Virus record (IMG/VR): IMGVR_UViG_3300021399_003033
Span: 9,619-73,618 of that record
Strand: one strand, 5' to 3'
DNA: 64,000 bases
Origin: a virus
Lineage: Duplodnaviria; Caudoviricetes
A model generated the notes under the pieces. It saw nothing but the letters and a program-made list of their open reading frames with translations, was not told the origin of the DNA and made no database searches. This document shows positions 45,301 to 58,455 of this stretch, piece by piece. A program made the translations under genes and the position numbers. Position 1 is the stretch's first letter. Each line of letters opens with the position of its first letter.

Positions 45301-48300
45301 GCTGACGAGATAAGCTTCTATCTCCTTGTAAAGCATAGAAATAAGTACCACCATCAGTAGCAAGTGAGCCATCTCTACTCTGATATTGTACTTTTGGATT
45401 CGTAATAGAAATATATTTATAAAACTCATCCATGTTTATAATAGCTAAAGGTCTAGAACCACGCATTTCAATTTCACCAGAAACATCTGGATTAGCACGA
45501 TACCAACCTTCAATAGTATCAATATCATAGAAAGGTCCCTTCTTAGTTATATTACCTCTTTGAATTTGACCTTTAAGAGTTGAATATGTACTCTTAATAT
45601 TATCAAAGAAGCAAGCGAATAGATTATTCCATAATACACTATCAGAAGTTGAGAAACAATCTTCTTTAGTTGCATTTACAAAATAATCGAAAGAAGGAAT
45701 ACCAGTATTATTAATACCTAATTGAGTATCCATATCATAGAAAATTGGATACCAAATATAATCACCATTTGCGGTCTGAGGACCCCAAGTAGCCATCATA
45801 CAGTTCTTACCACGAGAATCGTAGCACATTAATACTTCTGTGACTACGAAGTAAATTAAACAATAATCAAGATTAAAATGAGAACCTAATTCAGCTGTAA
45901 ACTTAGCTTTTCTATATTCTTTACTATCCCAAGTATAAGTAGTTGCACCATATGTAACAGTCTTTGGAACAGCAACGAAATAATTCTCACTAGCTCCATC
46001 TACTAAACTAGCAGCAAATACTTCTGGAGTAGGAGTTTGAATTTCATCTTCATTTACATCATAATATTGTATATTAGCGTCATATTCTGTTGCAGGAACA
46101 TAATCAGCAATTAATCTTGCTTTTCTAAGACCATTTATATAAGAATTAGTACCCTCGATAACAAGACCTGTTTCTAAATCAAATTCAGAAGCAGTAGTTG
46201 CATCACCTTGAGAAGGAACGGAATCTGTACAAGTAGACCATACCCACTGACAAGCAGCTTCCCAATTCTTCATCTTATCAAATAATGTTTCTGACTTCCA
46301 ATCTATATCCTATAATTGAGAAGCTTCATAACCATCTTCAATTAATGATGAATATAAATCACCATTCTTAACAGGATCATAGAAGTAATCAAGTAAATCA
46401 TCATCTGGATTATAACGATACTCATAAGAGTCTGCTACAATTGGACATGAACTTAATGAATTAAGTCCTCTATCAATCTTACCTACTAATCCAGCAGTAA
46501 CCTGTTCTTCAGTCGCGGTTTCTGCAGAAATTGTTTTATGCTTACCTGTTAAAGGATCAACTGTATAATAATCGAAATTTAACTTATGTCTTCCAAGAGG
46601 ATCTCTAAAAGAACAATAACCACGGTTATTATCAGAATATTCCCAACACTCAACTACCTTACTTACTGCCTTCTTCTTCTTATCAAAAGCAGCAACAATC
46701 TTTTTATTTGGCTTAAAACCATAGCATTCATCAGATCCCTTATCAAGAAGCATATTGTAACGACCAATATAAGTGTACTTACCATTAGCATCTTTCCAGA
46801 AAGTCATAACAGGGAATCCTTGAATGTTAGTTCTATAAGAATCAGTGTTATCAAATTGATAAGGTTGATAAGTCTCAGTATAAATAGCACCCTTTTCCGC
46901 AATTAAAGCATCTAATTCTTCTTGAGTTTTTGGCTTAACTTTAGTTTTTCCTTTACTATCTTCATAATAAGTTCTATTCTTATCAAATGTAGTAGCTGGC
47001 TCATATCCAGAAATCTTCAAGAAAGCTCCAGCTGCATTAAGGTCATCTAGAGGATGTCTAGAATAAGCGTTATTAACTAAATTACCAAGACCCATATTAT
47101 AAGTTCCAGAAGACTCCATATAGTCAATCTTCATTGTGAACTTAGTAGTTCCTACAACGTAGTTATTCATGTAGAAGAAATCAAGTCTTGTAGACTCTGG
47201 ATCTTCATTATACATTTCAAGGAACGGACCCTTGTTCATAATCATGTTAATAACATCTTCTTCTTCTGTACCAACTGTTCTAGTTCCTTTTGTCTTAGCT
47301 TTATAGTTACGGCGAGGATAGAACTCAGAAGAAGTACCCTGAACAGATAACTTAACATTAAATTTAGCATTATTATCATTACCATATACACTAGTAAATG
47401 ATGGACAATGATGCTTATAATAATATTGTACATTTGTTAAACCTTCTGCAGCCGCCGCTTCTTTCTGCGCAGGACCCATAGCATTAGCTAATTCCTCTAA
47501 CTCTCCAGTAGCATAAGCTCTTTCAAGTGGAGTGTTAACAAATGTAAATGCAATTGTTTTAGCCTGTGCCTTACTAAATGGTAAAGCATCGCCTGTATTT
47601 GTTTCAAATATTACATATGGCATTAAGTATTCATTTGGATCATTGGCATATGCATCACTTGTATAGTTCATTGCAGCCGCTGGATCAATCTGATACTCAC
47701 CAATATCAGTATTAGAAACAAGTAAGAATCTAGTATGGTCATAATCTCTAACACTCTTATGGTCTACAGCATAATTCATAAGAATATCTCTGATAGATAA
47801 TGCGCCATTATAAACTCTAAATTTATATAAATCAACATCACAATATTCAGAATTAAACTTTAAGTTCTGAGTATTGATAGTAACTGCCTGTGTATCTCTA
47901 ATATTTGTAACAGATGTAAGAACACCATTTAAATACATGTAGATACGTTTATCAGTATAATTGAATACAATAGTTAAATTAATTAATTTATCTTCAACAT
48001 ACTTAACGTTAACTGTAGAACTTCCAGAAGAGAAGAATCCATCTTGAGGTCCTAAACAGAAACCATGATTACCAGAATCATAGTATGAACAGAAAGCTGC
48101 TGAAGTATTAGTTTGCTTATAGACATGAGAGAAACTTGCGGTTAACTCATCATATGTCTTATGATCTGGATTCAATGGGGAACCATTAAATTCATAAGTA
48201 TAACCTTCTTCAGTAGCAACGAAATTTTGAAGATAATCGTCATAGTTAGTGAAGTGAGACTGTGCTAAATAAGCATCCCAATATCTATCATCACCAGAAT

Positions 48301-49969
48301 AACGTGTAATTTCTTTTACTAAGTTACTATAATCTTGAACATTACGAACCTTAAACTCTAATTCAAAAGTACGAGACTGATTAGCTACAGTAGTAGCATC
48401 ATTAATAATCATACTTCCAATAGGAATACTAAATTCAGCACCATTACTGATACGAAGCATAGTGTCTTTATTTTCATCTAGCATCCAACCATTATTATAC
48501 CAGTTAAAATCTTTAAAAGTTGCTTTTTTATCTCCATATGTCCAAGTTGCACGCTTAGTTGCAGATTCATTATTGCTGCGGCCAGCCGCATCAAAAGAAA
48601 TTAAAAGATTTTCTTTTGAAACAAGAGTCATATCTCTATTAGGATCTTGAATAACTTCAAATTTAACATCACGAGAAATTGAAACACCAGTATCAGTATT
48701 TTTACAAGTGATAGTATAAGTATTTAACATACCAACTTCTGTATCTGTTAATTCTAAGATTTCAAAATCTTTACTTGTATTAGATACTTCTCTTGGAGAA
48801 GAATCTAATTCAGTAATACCTTTAAAGAACTGAACTGTTGTATTCGCAGTTTTTGGATTATAAACTTTGAATGGAATTTTTACAGAATCATAATTATAAT
48901 ATAAAGAACCATAATCTCCTAACCAAATAATAGGATCCATTGAAACACCATCACTAACAGCAATTTCAAATTGTAATGGCTCTTTTACTCCAACGCCCTC
49001 TTCTCCATTAATAGATTGTAATAAATCAATAGTAACTGTATGATAACCGTGGGTAATTCCACTTACTTCACATTTTTGTTCTCCAGCAGCACCTTTTCCA
49101 AGGACTTGTCTAGATTTCACTTCGCCATCAATAGACCATTTTAAAATTTTATCAATAGCGCCACTAATATTACAATACATAGTAAAAGAAGATCCAAATG
49201 CACTTGCGTTTGTAAATTTCTCACTAGGCGTTAATGTTAATTCAACTGTAGTAACTTTAAAGTTAATAGTTCTAGTAGATCCACTATTAACACCAGCAGC
49301 AGTAATATATAAAGTAGAACTAGCAGAATTTCTTAATTGATTACCAAATTCAAAAGTGTATGGTTTTCCACTAGGAACAATAAAACTACCTTGTGCATAA
49401 GTTATTTTAGTTTCATCTAATTCAATTCGCCATGAAATTGTCATCTCTTCATCCATGGCTTCTCCATCTTGATCAAGGGCTGATGTTGCGGTAAAAGTCG
49501 CTGCAATATTTTGACCATTTACAATAGTTGAGGTTACTAAAGTAGAGCCTTTAATAGTAGCTGCGCGAGCTTGAGAGCCACCGCCGCCTCCTCCGCCACC
49601 AGATCCACTGACAGCAAGTCTTGTACATATGGCTTGTCTTTCTTCATCATAAACTTCGGTAACTCTAAAAAAAGAACCATCAGAGTTTAAAATTAAGTCA
49701 TTTGCAAAAACTTTTTTATCAGGTTCATCGAGCTAATCAAGATCATAAACATAGCTAAAATTTCCATCTGCATCTGCAACTTCTTGCGGATTTGCATCAT
49801 GACCATAAATTAAAGAAGCACCACCGCCACCTAATGGAATTCTCTATTCATGCGCATCCATCCACATTTTTCCAGTGTCTTCAGCGAATAAAATAGCACC
49901 ATCAGTAACGGCTTGATTCATTAAATCTTCTTCAATGCCTCTAATTGGCTTAAAAGTTATATCGCTCAA
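42389..49969 (-). CDS. giant 2526-aa protein: Ig/LamG-like region, CotH-family kinase domain, leucine-rich repeats; 9 TAGs
   Basis: TTG start with AAAGGAG RBS; four track fragments share one frame. CotH-like motifs VQGTSSEFYPRRNYK, KIDYMESS..N, YIGRYNMLLDK, YDSRGKN and WYPIFYDMDTQLG; LRR-like PNTIKSVEL and PDSIT(Q)IGEYVF; repeat-like W...F.GW segments. Confidence 0.75.
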
Positions 49970-50004
49970 TGAATTAAACTCCTTTCTATCTTAATAAAAA
50001 TAAA

Positions 50005-50034
50005 ATGGGAAAAGAGGATTTCCTCTTTTCCCAT
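50005..50034 (-). terminator. terminator-like hairpin in the leader of the giant gene
   Basis: 14-bp stem ATGGGAAAAGAGGA/TCCTCTTTTCCCAT with a U-tract on the minus strand. Confidence 0.6.
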
Positions 50035-50099
50035 GAATAAATCCTCTATAATAGAGTAAAAAAACTTATTTTATATTTAATAATAATTGTCCTAAGAAA

Positions 50100-51902
50100 T
50101 TAAAATGTTCCCCATACAATATCAGCCACAATAACAGTAGATTTATCTTCTGTTCCAGTACCTGTATTCGTATTAGTTAACTATAAAGTTGAAGATTCGA
50201 TAGCAAAACTACCAGCTTTAGTAGTTACAGTATCACTATTAATTGGATTCTTACCAATGATAGTATTTGTAACTGTTGCTGTTGAAGTGTTATTAACAGT
50301 TGTGACAGAAGATTCATAATCATTTTTATTGATATTTGTGAAAGTATCAACAACAGTAATATCTTTTGTTTTAACTCCAATAACATGCCCTTTAGTATCT
50401 CTTGTTACCGCAGTAACTGCAGTAAATGATAAAGATTCTCCAGCAGCTTGATCAAAATTAGTTCCACCACCAGTTTTCTATTCTTTTGTCGCTGGAGCTG
50501 CGGTACCGCCTTCTGTTGCAACATTACTGTGAGAAATTAATACTTTATTACCGATGATATTAGAACCACTAACAAAAGAATCTCCATCAATAGTGATATT
50601 ATCGCCAGCATAAATATCTAATTCTGCGCAAGCCTCATTTTCAATAGTATCTTGAATTTTAATACCTTGATATGGCTTAGAAGCAAAAACGCCATCTCCA
50701 GAAGCGCCTTCGCCTTCAGTTGGTTTACCAATATAAGTAGTATCATTATATCTATCATTTCCAGAAGGAACAATATCCCAAACTAGACCAGAAGTAATTA
50801 ATCCAGTTGTAGGATCTTCTGTTCCTCTAGCAATAATCATATCTCCAGTTTTAGCTTGCTTATTACCATCATCTGTTGGTATACTTAATATATCAGCATC
50901 TAATAATAAAGTATCTCCAACTCTTACTCCAGCATTACTAACATCTACTAAAGTCCTAGAGTTTCCAACAGTTCCTCTATAAGACATAGCATCTAATCCA
51001 GTTAATTTTTTATCTAATTCATCTTTAGTATAAACTGGAAGAGTTGCTAAACCATTTTGGAATTTTACTGTTTGCTAAGTAGCTGTATCTGCGCCAACTT
51101 TAATTTGAGGATTAATAGTTGCTTTTTCACTATTTCCCTTAGTATCAGAAACAGTTACAGAAAAACCTTCTGCTTCATTGGCTCCAACAGCAGTATTTAA
51201 CTGAGTATCATTACCACTAATTAAAATATCATCGCCATCTTTAGAAATGGTGATATTTCCACCACTTTTTAAAGTTACGCTACTATCATGACCAGAGTCT
51301 GAAGATAAAGAAAGATCAACTGTCTTTAATACTGAATTTTCTGTCCCAGCACTAAGACTATATTGATCTCCAGAAATTGTTAAAATATCTCCAGTTCCAT
51401 CAACGTTATTATCTGTTACTCCAACAGTAATACCATTATTACCTTGAACCTTAAAATCTTTAACAATACTATCACCAGCATCTTCACTAGTTGGCATTGT
51501 TTCAGTAATACTAGTACTTACTGTTGCTACTCCATTAGTAACAGTAATATTTATTTTTAAATCTTTTAAATGAGTATTTGTATTAGGATTTATCTAAACC
51601 CATCCATGTTCGCTACCAGTCTAACTAGATGCAGAATAAACACATAAAATATTCTATGCTGTCACATAATAGAACTAACCTACATAAGCTGATTCATTAC
51701 CAGCAGTAACTCTAGGTAAATCTCCTAATGAGGTTACAGTGTTTACACCTTCATTAACAGGAACTGCATCACCATTTGCGCGACCGATATATAATCTATG
51801 AGTATCATTTGTTAAATAAAATGAACCTTCTATAGCTGTTTTATTACTTCTTATTTCATTAAGAGCTGATTGAGTTCCTTGTTTAAAAAGAACATTAGCC
51901 AT
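50100..51902 (-). CDS. tail fibre/structural protein, 600 aa, several TAGs
   Basis: GAGGAG RBS; MANVLFKQGT...EGSFYLTNDTHRLYIG N-terminus; AMSYRGTV...GDMIIARG; ends IVWGTF-TAA; three track fragments in frame. Confidence 0.7.
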
Positions 51903-51924
51903 AAATTATATCTCTCCTCTCCTA

Positions 51925-52761
51925 TTAAAGTTCACTGCCATCAGCCTCATTCATATCATGCCATCTTAATTTATCATATAATATTCCTACATCATATTGT
52001 AAATCAGTAATATTCTATGGATCTAATGCATCGATTTGAGTTTGCATATTACTAACGACAGTAATAAGTCCCTCTAAATTATTTGTCCAATCGGGATTTT
52101 TAGTATCATAAAGAGTATTTTCAATTTTTAATATACGAGTATTAAAATTACTTGCATCATCTGGGTGATCCTAAATCCAATCTGCAATCTCTTTTAATGT
52201 ATCTAAAGATTCTTTTGCATCAACAGGAATTAATTGTTTTGTTAATTCTTCATTTGCAATATCTCTAATTGATTTAGTAACAGATCCATTTTGATCAACA
52301 TCTTCTCCAATTAAAGTCATTACAGTAGAATGAAGATTATCAAATTCTCCTTTTGTTGCAGCTTGTGCCCAAGTACCATCTCCACGAAGAAATTTTACCT
52401 AGTCACCCTTTTTAGGCTATGGAACTAATCCTGCTTTACCATCTGTTTCAGCAGTAGCACCAGTCATTTCTTTGACAACAGATTCTAATACTTCTTTTGG
52501 ATTTTTTGCTTCCCAATGTCCAGCGTCATCACTAACAAGTATTTGACCTTCAGAACCATCCCAAATTACATTGGAAAGATTTTCAAGAGCAATATTAACA
52601 TTACTAGCATCTAAACCAGTAATTAATTTATCTCCTAAATATAGAACGCCTTTTGTAGCATTGACTTCTGAAATAAAATAGAGAGTATCTTGATTTTTAA
52701 CGCTTAAATTTTTATAAGCATTAGGAGTACCACGCAGAAATCTTACATAATTAACTGCCAT
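51925..52761 (-). CDS. tail fibre-related protein, 278 aa, 4 TAGs
   Basis: MAVNYVRFLRGT...DTLYF; GLVP(Q)PKKGD(Q)VKFLRGDGTW; LDTLKEIADWI(Q)DHPDDA. Confidence 0.75.
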
Positions 52762-52842
52762 TTTATTAGCCTCCTTGTTTTTATTTCATTTACTCTATAA
52801 TTTTTATAAAATATTAAAAATAAATTAATTTAAAATGTCCTT

Positions 52843-53148
52843 TTAATTCCCCTCTTCTTCTTCTTCTTCAGTTGGAGCTGGAGTTGGAGAAATTATATTT
52901 TGTAATTCTGTTATCAAATCATCTAATTCTGTAGAATTAACCCCAGAATTTTTTACAATATTTGATAAAATATAAATTTTATTATATAAATCATCTATTT
53001 TAAACTCTATTTTTCCTACATGCTATGATAAATTATCTGTATTATTAAAAGTTACTTCTCCTGTAGTATCAGGAGAAGTAACTTCAAAAGCATGGGTTTT
53101 TAGAGTATTATAAAATCTCTATAATTTTTCTGTATTAATTAAACCCAT
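52843..53148 (-). CDS. small hypothetical protein, 101 aa, 2 TAGs
   Basis: The start overlaps the upstream stop (TAATG); acidic C-terminus PTEEEEEEGN. Confidence 0.65.
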
Positions 53149-56100
53149 TAAGGTGTACCTCCATTAGAAAAGATAGCATCTATTTCTTCATCAGTTGCAA
53201 TTTCAATTGCTTCTGCAACTTTCTAGAAAGCACTATTAATAGAATCTGTTTCAGCTATTAATTCACTTGTAGATTGATAATCTGTTAATAGTAAAGATCC
53301 TACTTTCTTTGTTTCAAAAGATAAAGCTCCAGTAGTATCAGAAATTAAAACTGAATTTAAAACTAAATCATTTGAACTATTAACTGCTGATACAGTTGGC
53401 AAAGTAATAGTATGTTCTTCAAGAGATACTACATGCCCCATTTGGTCAATACTTGCGGACAGTGCCTTAAAAGTGGATCCAAAGCCAGGTGTTTGTGCTG
53501 CTGTATCTCCTTTACTCACGGCCGCAGAACCAGCTGCCGCATGTCCTATAGCAATTTGATCATTAGTATTATCACCATTAATTTCAATCCATCTATTTCC
53601 AGATTTAAATGTTATAGAATCTGCTGATGAAGTAGCATTTATACTAGCATTATTACCAGTTATAGAAGTTGTACTTGCGCTTGTTCCAGTAATATTAAAG
53701 GTTTTGAAATTATTCGGTAAAACATATTTATGGCTCTAATTTGCAATAACATGTCCAGCTGCATCAAACTCTAAATCTTGGACAGTAAAATCTGAAACAG
53801 TTTCTAAATCAGTATCAGCTTTAGCAGTATTAGTAATAGTATGAATTTCATGTGCAATACCAACTAAAGTATTAGTATTATCAGCAACTAATTTAATCCA
53901 TTTGTTTTGAGCTTCAAAAGCTAAAGTCTCTAAAATATCCTATGCAATAACATTTCCATCTGTTCCAGAAATTGTTGTTGTATTAGTTGTATTACTTACA
54001 CCAATTGTCTTATAGCTATAAGGAAGCGTAAATACATGTGGTTTATTTTCTATTACATGTCCAGCTAAATCAAATACTAAATCTTGAATTGTTAATGTAT
54101 TTCCAGAACTAACTGCATTGAAATCAGTAGTGCTAGAAGTTGTAATAATATTATGCGTTTCATGAGCAAGAACTAATTTATCATTAGTTGCATCACTTTG
54201 TAATCTGATCCATTTATTTCCTGCTGAAAAAGTTAAAATATCTTTTGTATTATCAGCTACAATATCATCAGTACTTTCACCAGTTGAATGGGTTGCTCCG
54301 GCGGCTTGCGACCATAAGTTCTCGTCATCAGAACTATTTTCACTCTTCAAAATTTTGAAAGTAAATGGTAGGGTTACTGTTTCAATATTTTTACCGACTA
54401 CATGTCCTTTAGCATCTACTTTTGGAGTATATAATTCTAAAGTATCAGATCTATCATTTTCAGAAATAGTAGAGGTAGTATCTGCAACAGGATTATATAA
54501 ATGTTCAAAAGTAATTTTAGGACTACTTGGATTTGCAAGAATATTTACTTTTAACCAATTATCTGTATCCCAAGGAGAACTATGAATTCTACCATAACTA
54601 TCTGCAATTACAAACTCTTTAGGTTTTAATTCATTAAGTTTATAAATATAATCATTTAATGTATTTATACTACCCTATAAAGTTGTTTTATCTCTTGTAT
54701 CTACATTTCCAATCTCAAGCATTTTATTCATCTGTAATATTAAGCCATTGATTGTATTTAATTCTCTTGCAAAACCAACTAAAGGAATTAAAGTTAATAC
54801 TTCATCTTTATATGCTAATTTAACTGAAGCAGGAATTAAATCATTAGGTTCACCTAACCATTCTGCGCCTCGTGGATAAAGATATTTTTCATCTTCCATA
54901 ACAAAAATAGGTGTTCTTTCAAAATATACCCTATTTTCTGTCATATCACTAGCATAATCCATTAAATATTCATCTTGAGAATCATTCTAATAATAATACT
55001 TATATGGTTTATAAAATTTTTTATTAACTTTTTCAAAATTTAATTTCTAATAATATTCTCTTCCTTCAGTCATTTTAGAGCTACGATCTTTAACCCAATT
55101 TAAATCTGGAGTTTTATACCAATATAAATTAGAAATATAAAAATTACCCTATAAAGATTTCTCTAAAGTATAATATTCTGCAAATATAGGTGCATTACCA
55201 TTTTCTTCTTCAATAAATTGTGCATCATATTGTGCTTTTAAAATTTCTGGTGTTAATAATCTCCAACGACCAGTAATAGTTAAAGTTAATGGGTCATCCA
55301 CAGAGTTAATATTAGGATTAGGAATTTCTGAAATATTTTCTCTAAAATAATATTTATTTTCTTCAAAAGGAATTAAATTTACTCTATATACACCAGATAC
55401 ATTTACAATGTTATTAATAATAGTAGCTGGTACGATATTACCATTCTCATCCTCAATCATAATTGTGGTAGCTTCTTTACTAATTGTTTTATCTAATGCT
55501 AAATATTCTCTTTCTGTTACTTCTGGATCATTAGCATCATATTTTGCTTTCCACTATTCATGACTCATTTTTTCAATAAATAATACTGTTTTTGTAGGAT
55601 CAGTCGGACTAACACCATAGTAATAAAATCTATCTGGCTCATAAATATAAACTAATTTCTATGGTATTAAGGTTTCTCCATCTTCTCCAGTAGTCCATCC
55701 ATAATTACCAGTTTCATTATCATATATACTTTTATCCATCATATTCAAATTAACTGGTTTTTCACTAGGCATTAATTCATAATATGCATGACCTTCAGTC
55801 GCATTTTCATCAGTTGACAATATATAATCTGTTCCATCTGCATCATATATTTCAGTTCCTTGCGCGACTGGATAATAATATTTATTAGATTCATACTTCC
55901 CAGATAAAGTTGCTCTTATTCCATTCTAAAATTGATAATATTCTACATGATCTGAAGGCTATCTTCCTTTATCATAATTCCATTCACCTTTTAAAGTACG
56001 AATATAATAACCAGGAGTAAACTAAGATAAAGATACCTAAGACCATTTTGCATTTGATGGATCACAAATTTTCTTATAATACTCTTCTTCATTATCATAT

Positions 56101-58079
56101 TCATCTTCTGCAATTTCATAAGAATTACCATTTTTTATAAAATAAATGCCTGGTTCATATTCTAATTCACTTAAATCAACTTGTTCATAAGTATATTTTA
56201 TTTCTACATAATTATATTCAATACCTTTTCTATTATAACTTCCATCTACTGGATTATAATAAATATTATTGCTTGGGGCAACAGCTAATTCTTCCGGTGT
56301 TAAATCTCTTTCTGTATTTGTAATAATCATACCCATTAAATCATGAGCAGTATTAATTGCACCTGCTAAAGTATTTACCTAACTATCATCATAAGTGAAA
56401 CTATTTCCATTAGGTTTTAAATTAACTAAACGAAGTCCTTCTCTAGCTAATGCATTTCCAGCATCTTCCCAAGCAATATCTAAATTTCTTTTATTTGTTG
56501 TTTTTATTAAATCATTAGTATTTCTTCCGCCATATACTAAATCCCATACGTGAGCTAAACTATCACCCAAAGATGGTAGCATTACAGAAAATTCTTGTGT
56601 ATCAATTTGCGGTTCAAAATTAACTGTACCAGCTTTTTTATGATAATGATATTCATTTCCACTAAAACCAGTAGCAGCAATATTTATTTTATCTTCATTT
56701 GTCCATCCAGAAGCAGAATATTCAGATATACTGCCTTCAATAGGATTTCCATTTGCATCATATTGAATTAATAAATCATCACTATAAGAAATTGTTTCTG
56801 GATCAAAACCTTTTTTGTTATAATAGATTGCGGCGTCCACATCAGAAAATTCTGGTGCAGTTTCCCAAGTAAAAGTTAATGGATTATATGTATAATTTGT
56901 AAAAATTTTCTAATTTTTATCATATAATTCACTAGTCCATTGAGTAGTTTCATCAGAAGGATATAAAACTTCATTACTACTCATTTTATTAACAGGGTTA
57001 TTATCAATCGCACCTGTCGTTGAAATAGTTGGTCCCATTAATGAAGGTCTAGCAGCTTTAATTCTAAATCCCCATTGCGGCTGCCAATGAAGTTTATAAT
57101 AAACATTGGTACTATCAGTATCAAAGTGCGGCATGATGGGTATCATAGATGGGGCGTCCGCAGTTACATCAAAAGTAGGAACTACAGTATTTAATTCCGC
57201 AATCATTACATATTTTTCAATACCGCCGCTATATACTTTCTACCATACTGTAGAATCATATCCTCTTGAAGTTCCATATATAGCTACATCAGTTTGAAAA
57301 TTAACTAAAAAATTCTATTGAGCATTAGAAGAAAGATTTAATGTATCTTCTCCAATTTCTGCTATTGTTTTCCATAAAGCTACATCAAAAATTTCTTTTA
57401 ATTCTCCATCTTCCTAATGGATATAAGAAATTGTTGTAGTACTATTATTACCAGTTAATGGGACAATATATTCAGTTAAAGTATTTAACTAATAAGAATA
57501 TCCTTCTGGAACTACATATATAACATTTGGAAAAGCAAAAGCTAATGCTTCTCTTGGAATTGAAAATTGTCCATTAATTCTTAGAACCTATCTGCTAGGA
57601 ATTGTTATATCATTATCACCCCAATATTGAGCAAAATCAGTATTACTAACAACTTCATAACGAACAATATTATTAGCACTAATTTCTTTTGCTCTAATAT
57701 ATATAGGAGATGTATTCTAATTATAAACATGATATCCAGGTTCAATTCTAAAAATTTTAGAATTATAAGCAGTATTTTTAACACTATCCATTACATCTGA
57801 TTGTGTTATAACTTGCTAAATATAATCTTCCTAATCAGTTGGAATTAAAAATCCTTCTTCATTTTTCATCCAACCCCTATATAAAATATCTCCAATTCTA
57901 TAAAAACCAGAAGGATATAAATCGACAGATCTATTTTCATCATATTCTACTAGAACATATCTACCAGTATATACCCCATCTTTTGCGCACGCTTGTTCCA
58001 TAGCCCAACGACTAGGATATTTTTTATCAAACTAAAACTATGTTCTAGCAGTATTGGTTATATTACCATAAAAACCCAT
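53148..58079 (-). CDS. giant tail/baseplate structural protein, 1643 aa, many TAGs
   Basis: MGFYGNITNTART(Q)F(Q)FDKKYPSR; seven track fragments share one frame; four C-terminal repeats NKWI.L...H...D..GHV.....LP; ends DEEIDAIFSNGGTP. Confidence 0.75.
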
Positions 58080-58084
58080 TTATA

Positions 58085-58426
58085 TTAACCCTCCCCATCT
58101 TCATAAATAATATCAACAATTAAAGAACCATTTTCAAGGCTAGAAAGACTAGCAATTGAACTAGCTTCAAAAGATAAAGCTGTAATTTCGACATCATCTG
58201 GTAATTCAAGTTCATAAATTCCAGTTGAGCCAATAACAACTGGCTCACTGGAATTATTTACTTTAAATTTTGTACCAGGTAATGCCTGAATACCTAATTG
58301 TTTAATGGGAAGGTAATCAGCAAAAACACTTCCTGAAGAAAGTTTTTGAGGGGTTATATTTGATGGCTAATTACGATTTACATCGCCTTCACTATAAAAA
58401 CGAAATTGTTTAATTCTTCTAGCCAT
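58085..58426 (-). CDS. small beta-rich structural protein, 113 aa, 1 TAG
   Basis: Absent from the track. AGGAG RBS; MARRIKQFRFY...KQLGIQALPGTKF.VN....VIG.TGIYEL...LIVDIIYE. Confidence 0.75.
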
Positions 58427-58455
58427 TTTAAACTCCTTGTCCTCCTTTTTTATTG

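Larger units (their letters stand above)
25215..52840 (-). promoter_or_regulatory. dispersed intergenic motif GGNC-N8-TTA(A/T)W-about N25-TATAGAG (five copies; coordinates span first to last), candidate late promoter
   Basis: GGNC cores at + strand 25259-25262, 39084-39087, 42157-42160, 50089-50092 and 52837-52840, each upstream of a late gene. Confidence 0.5.
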
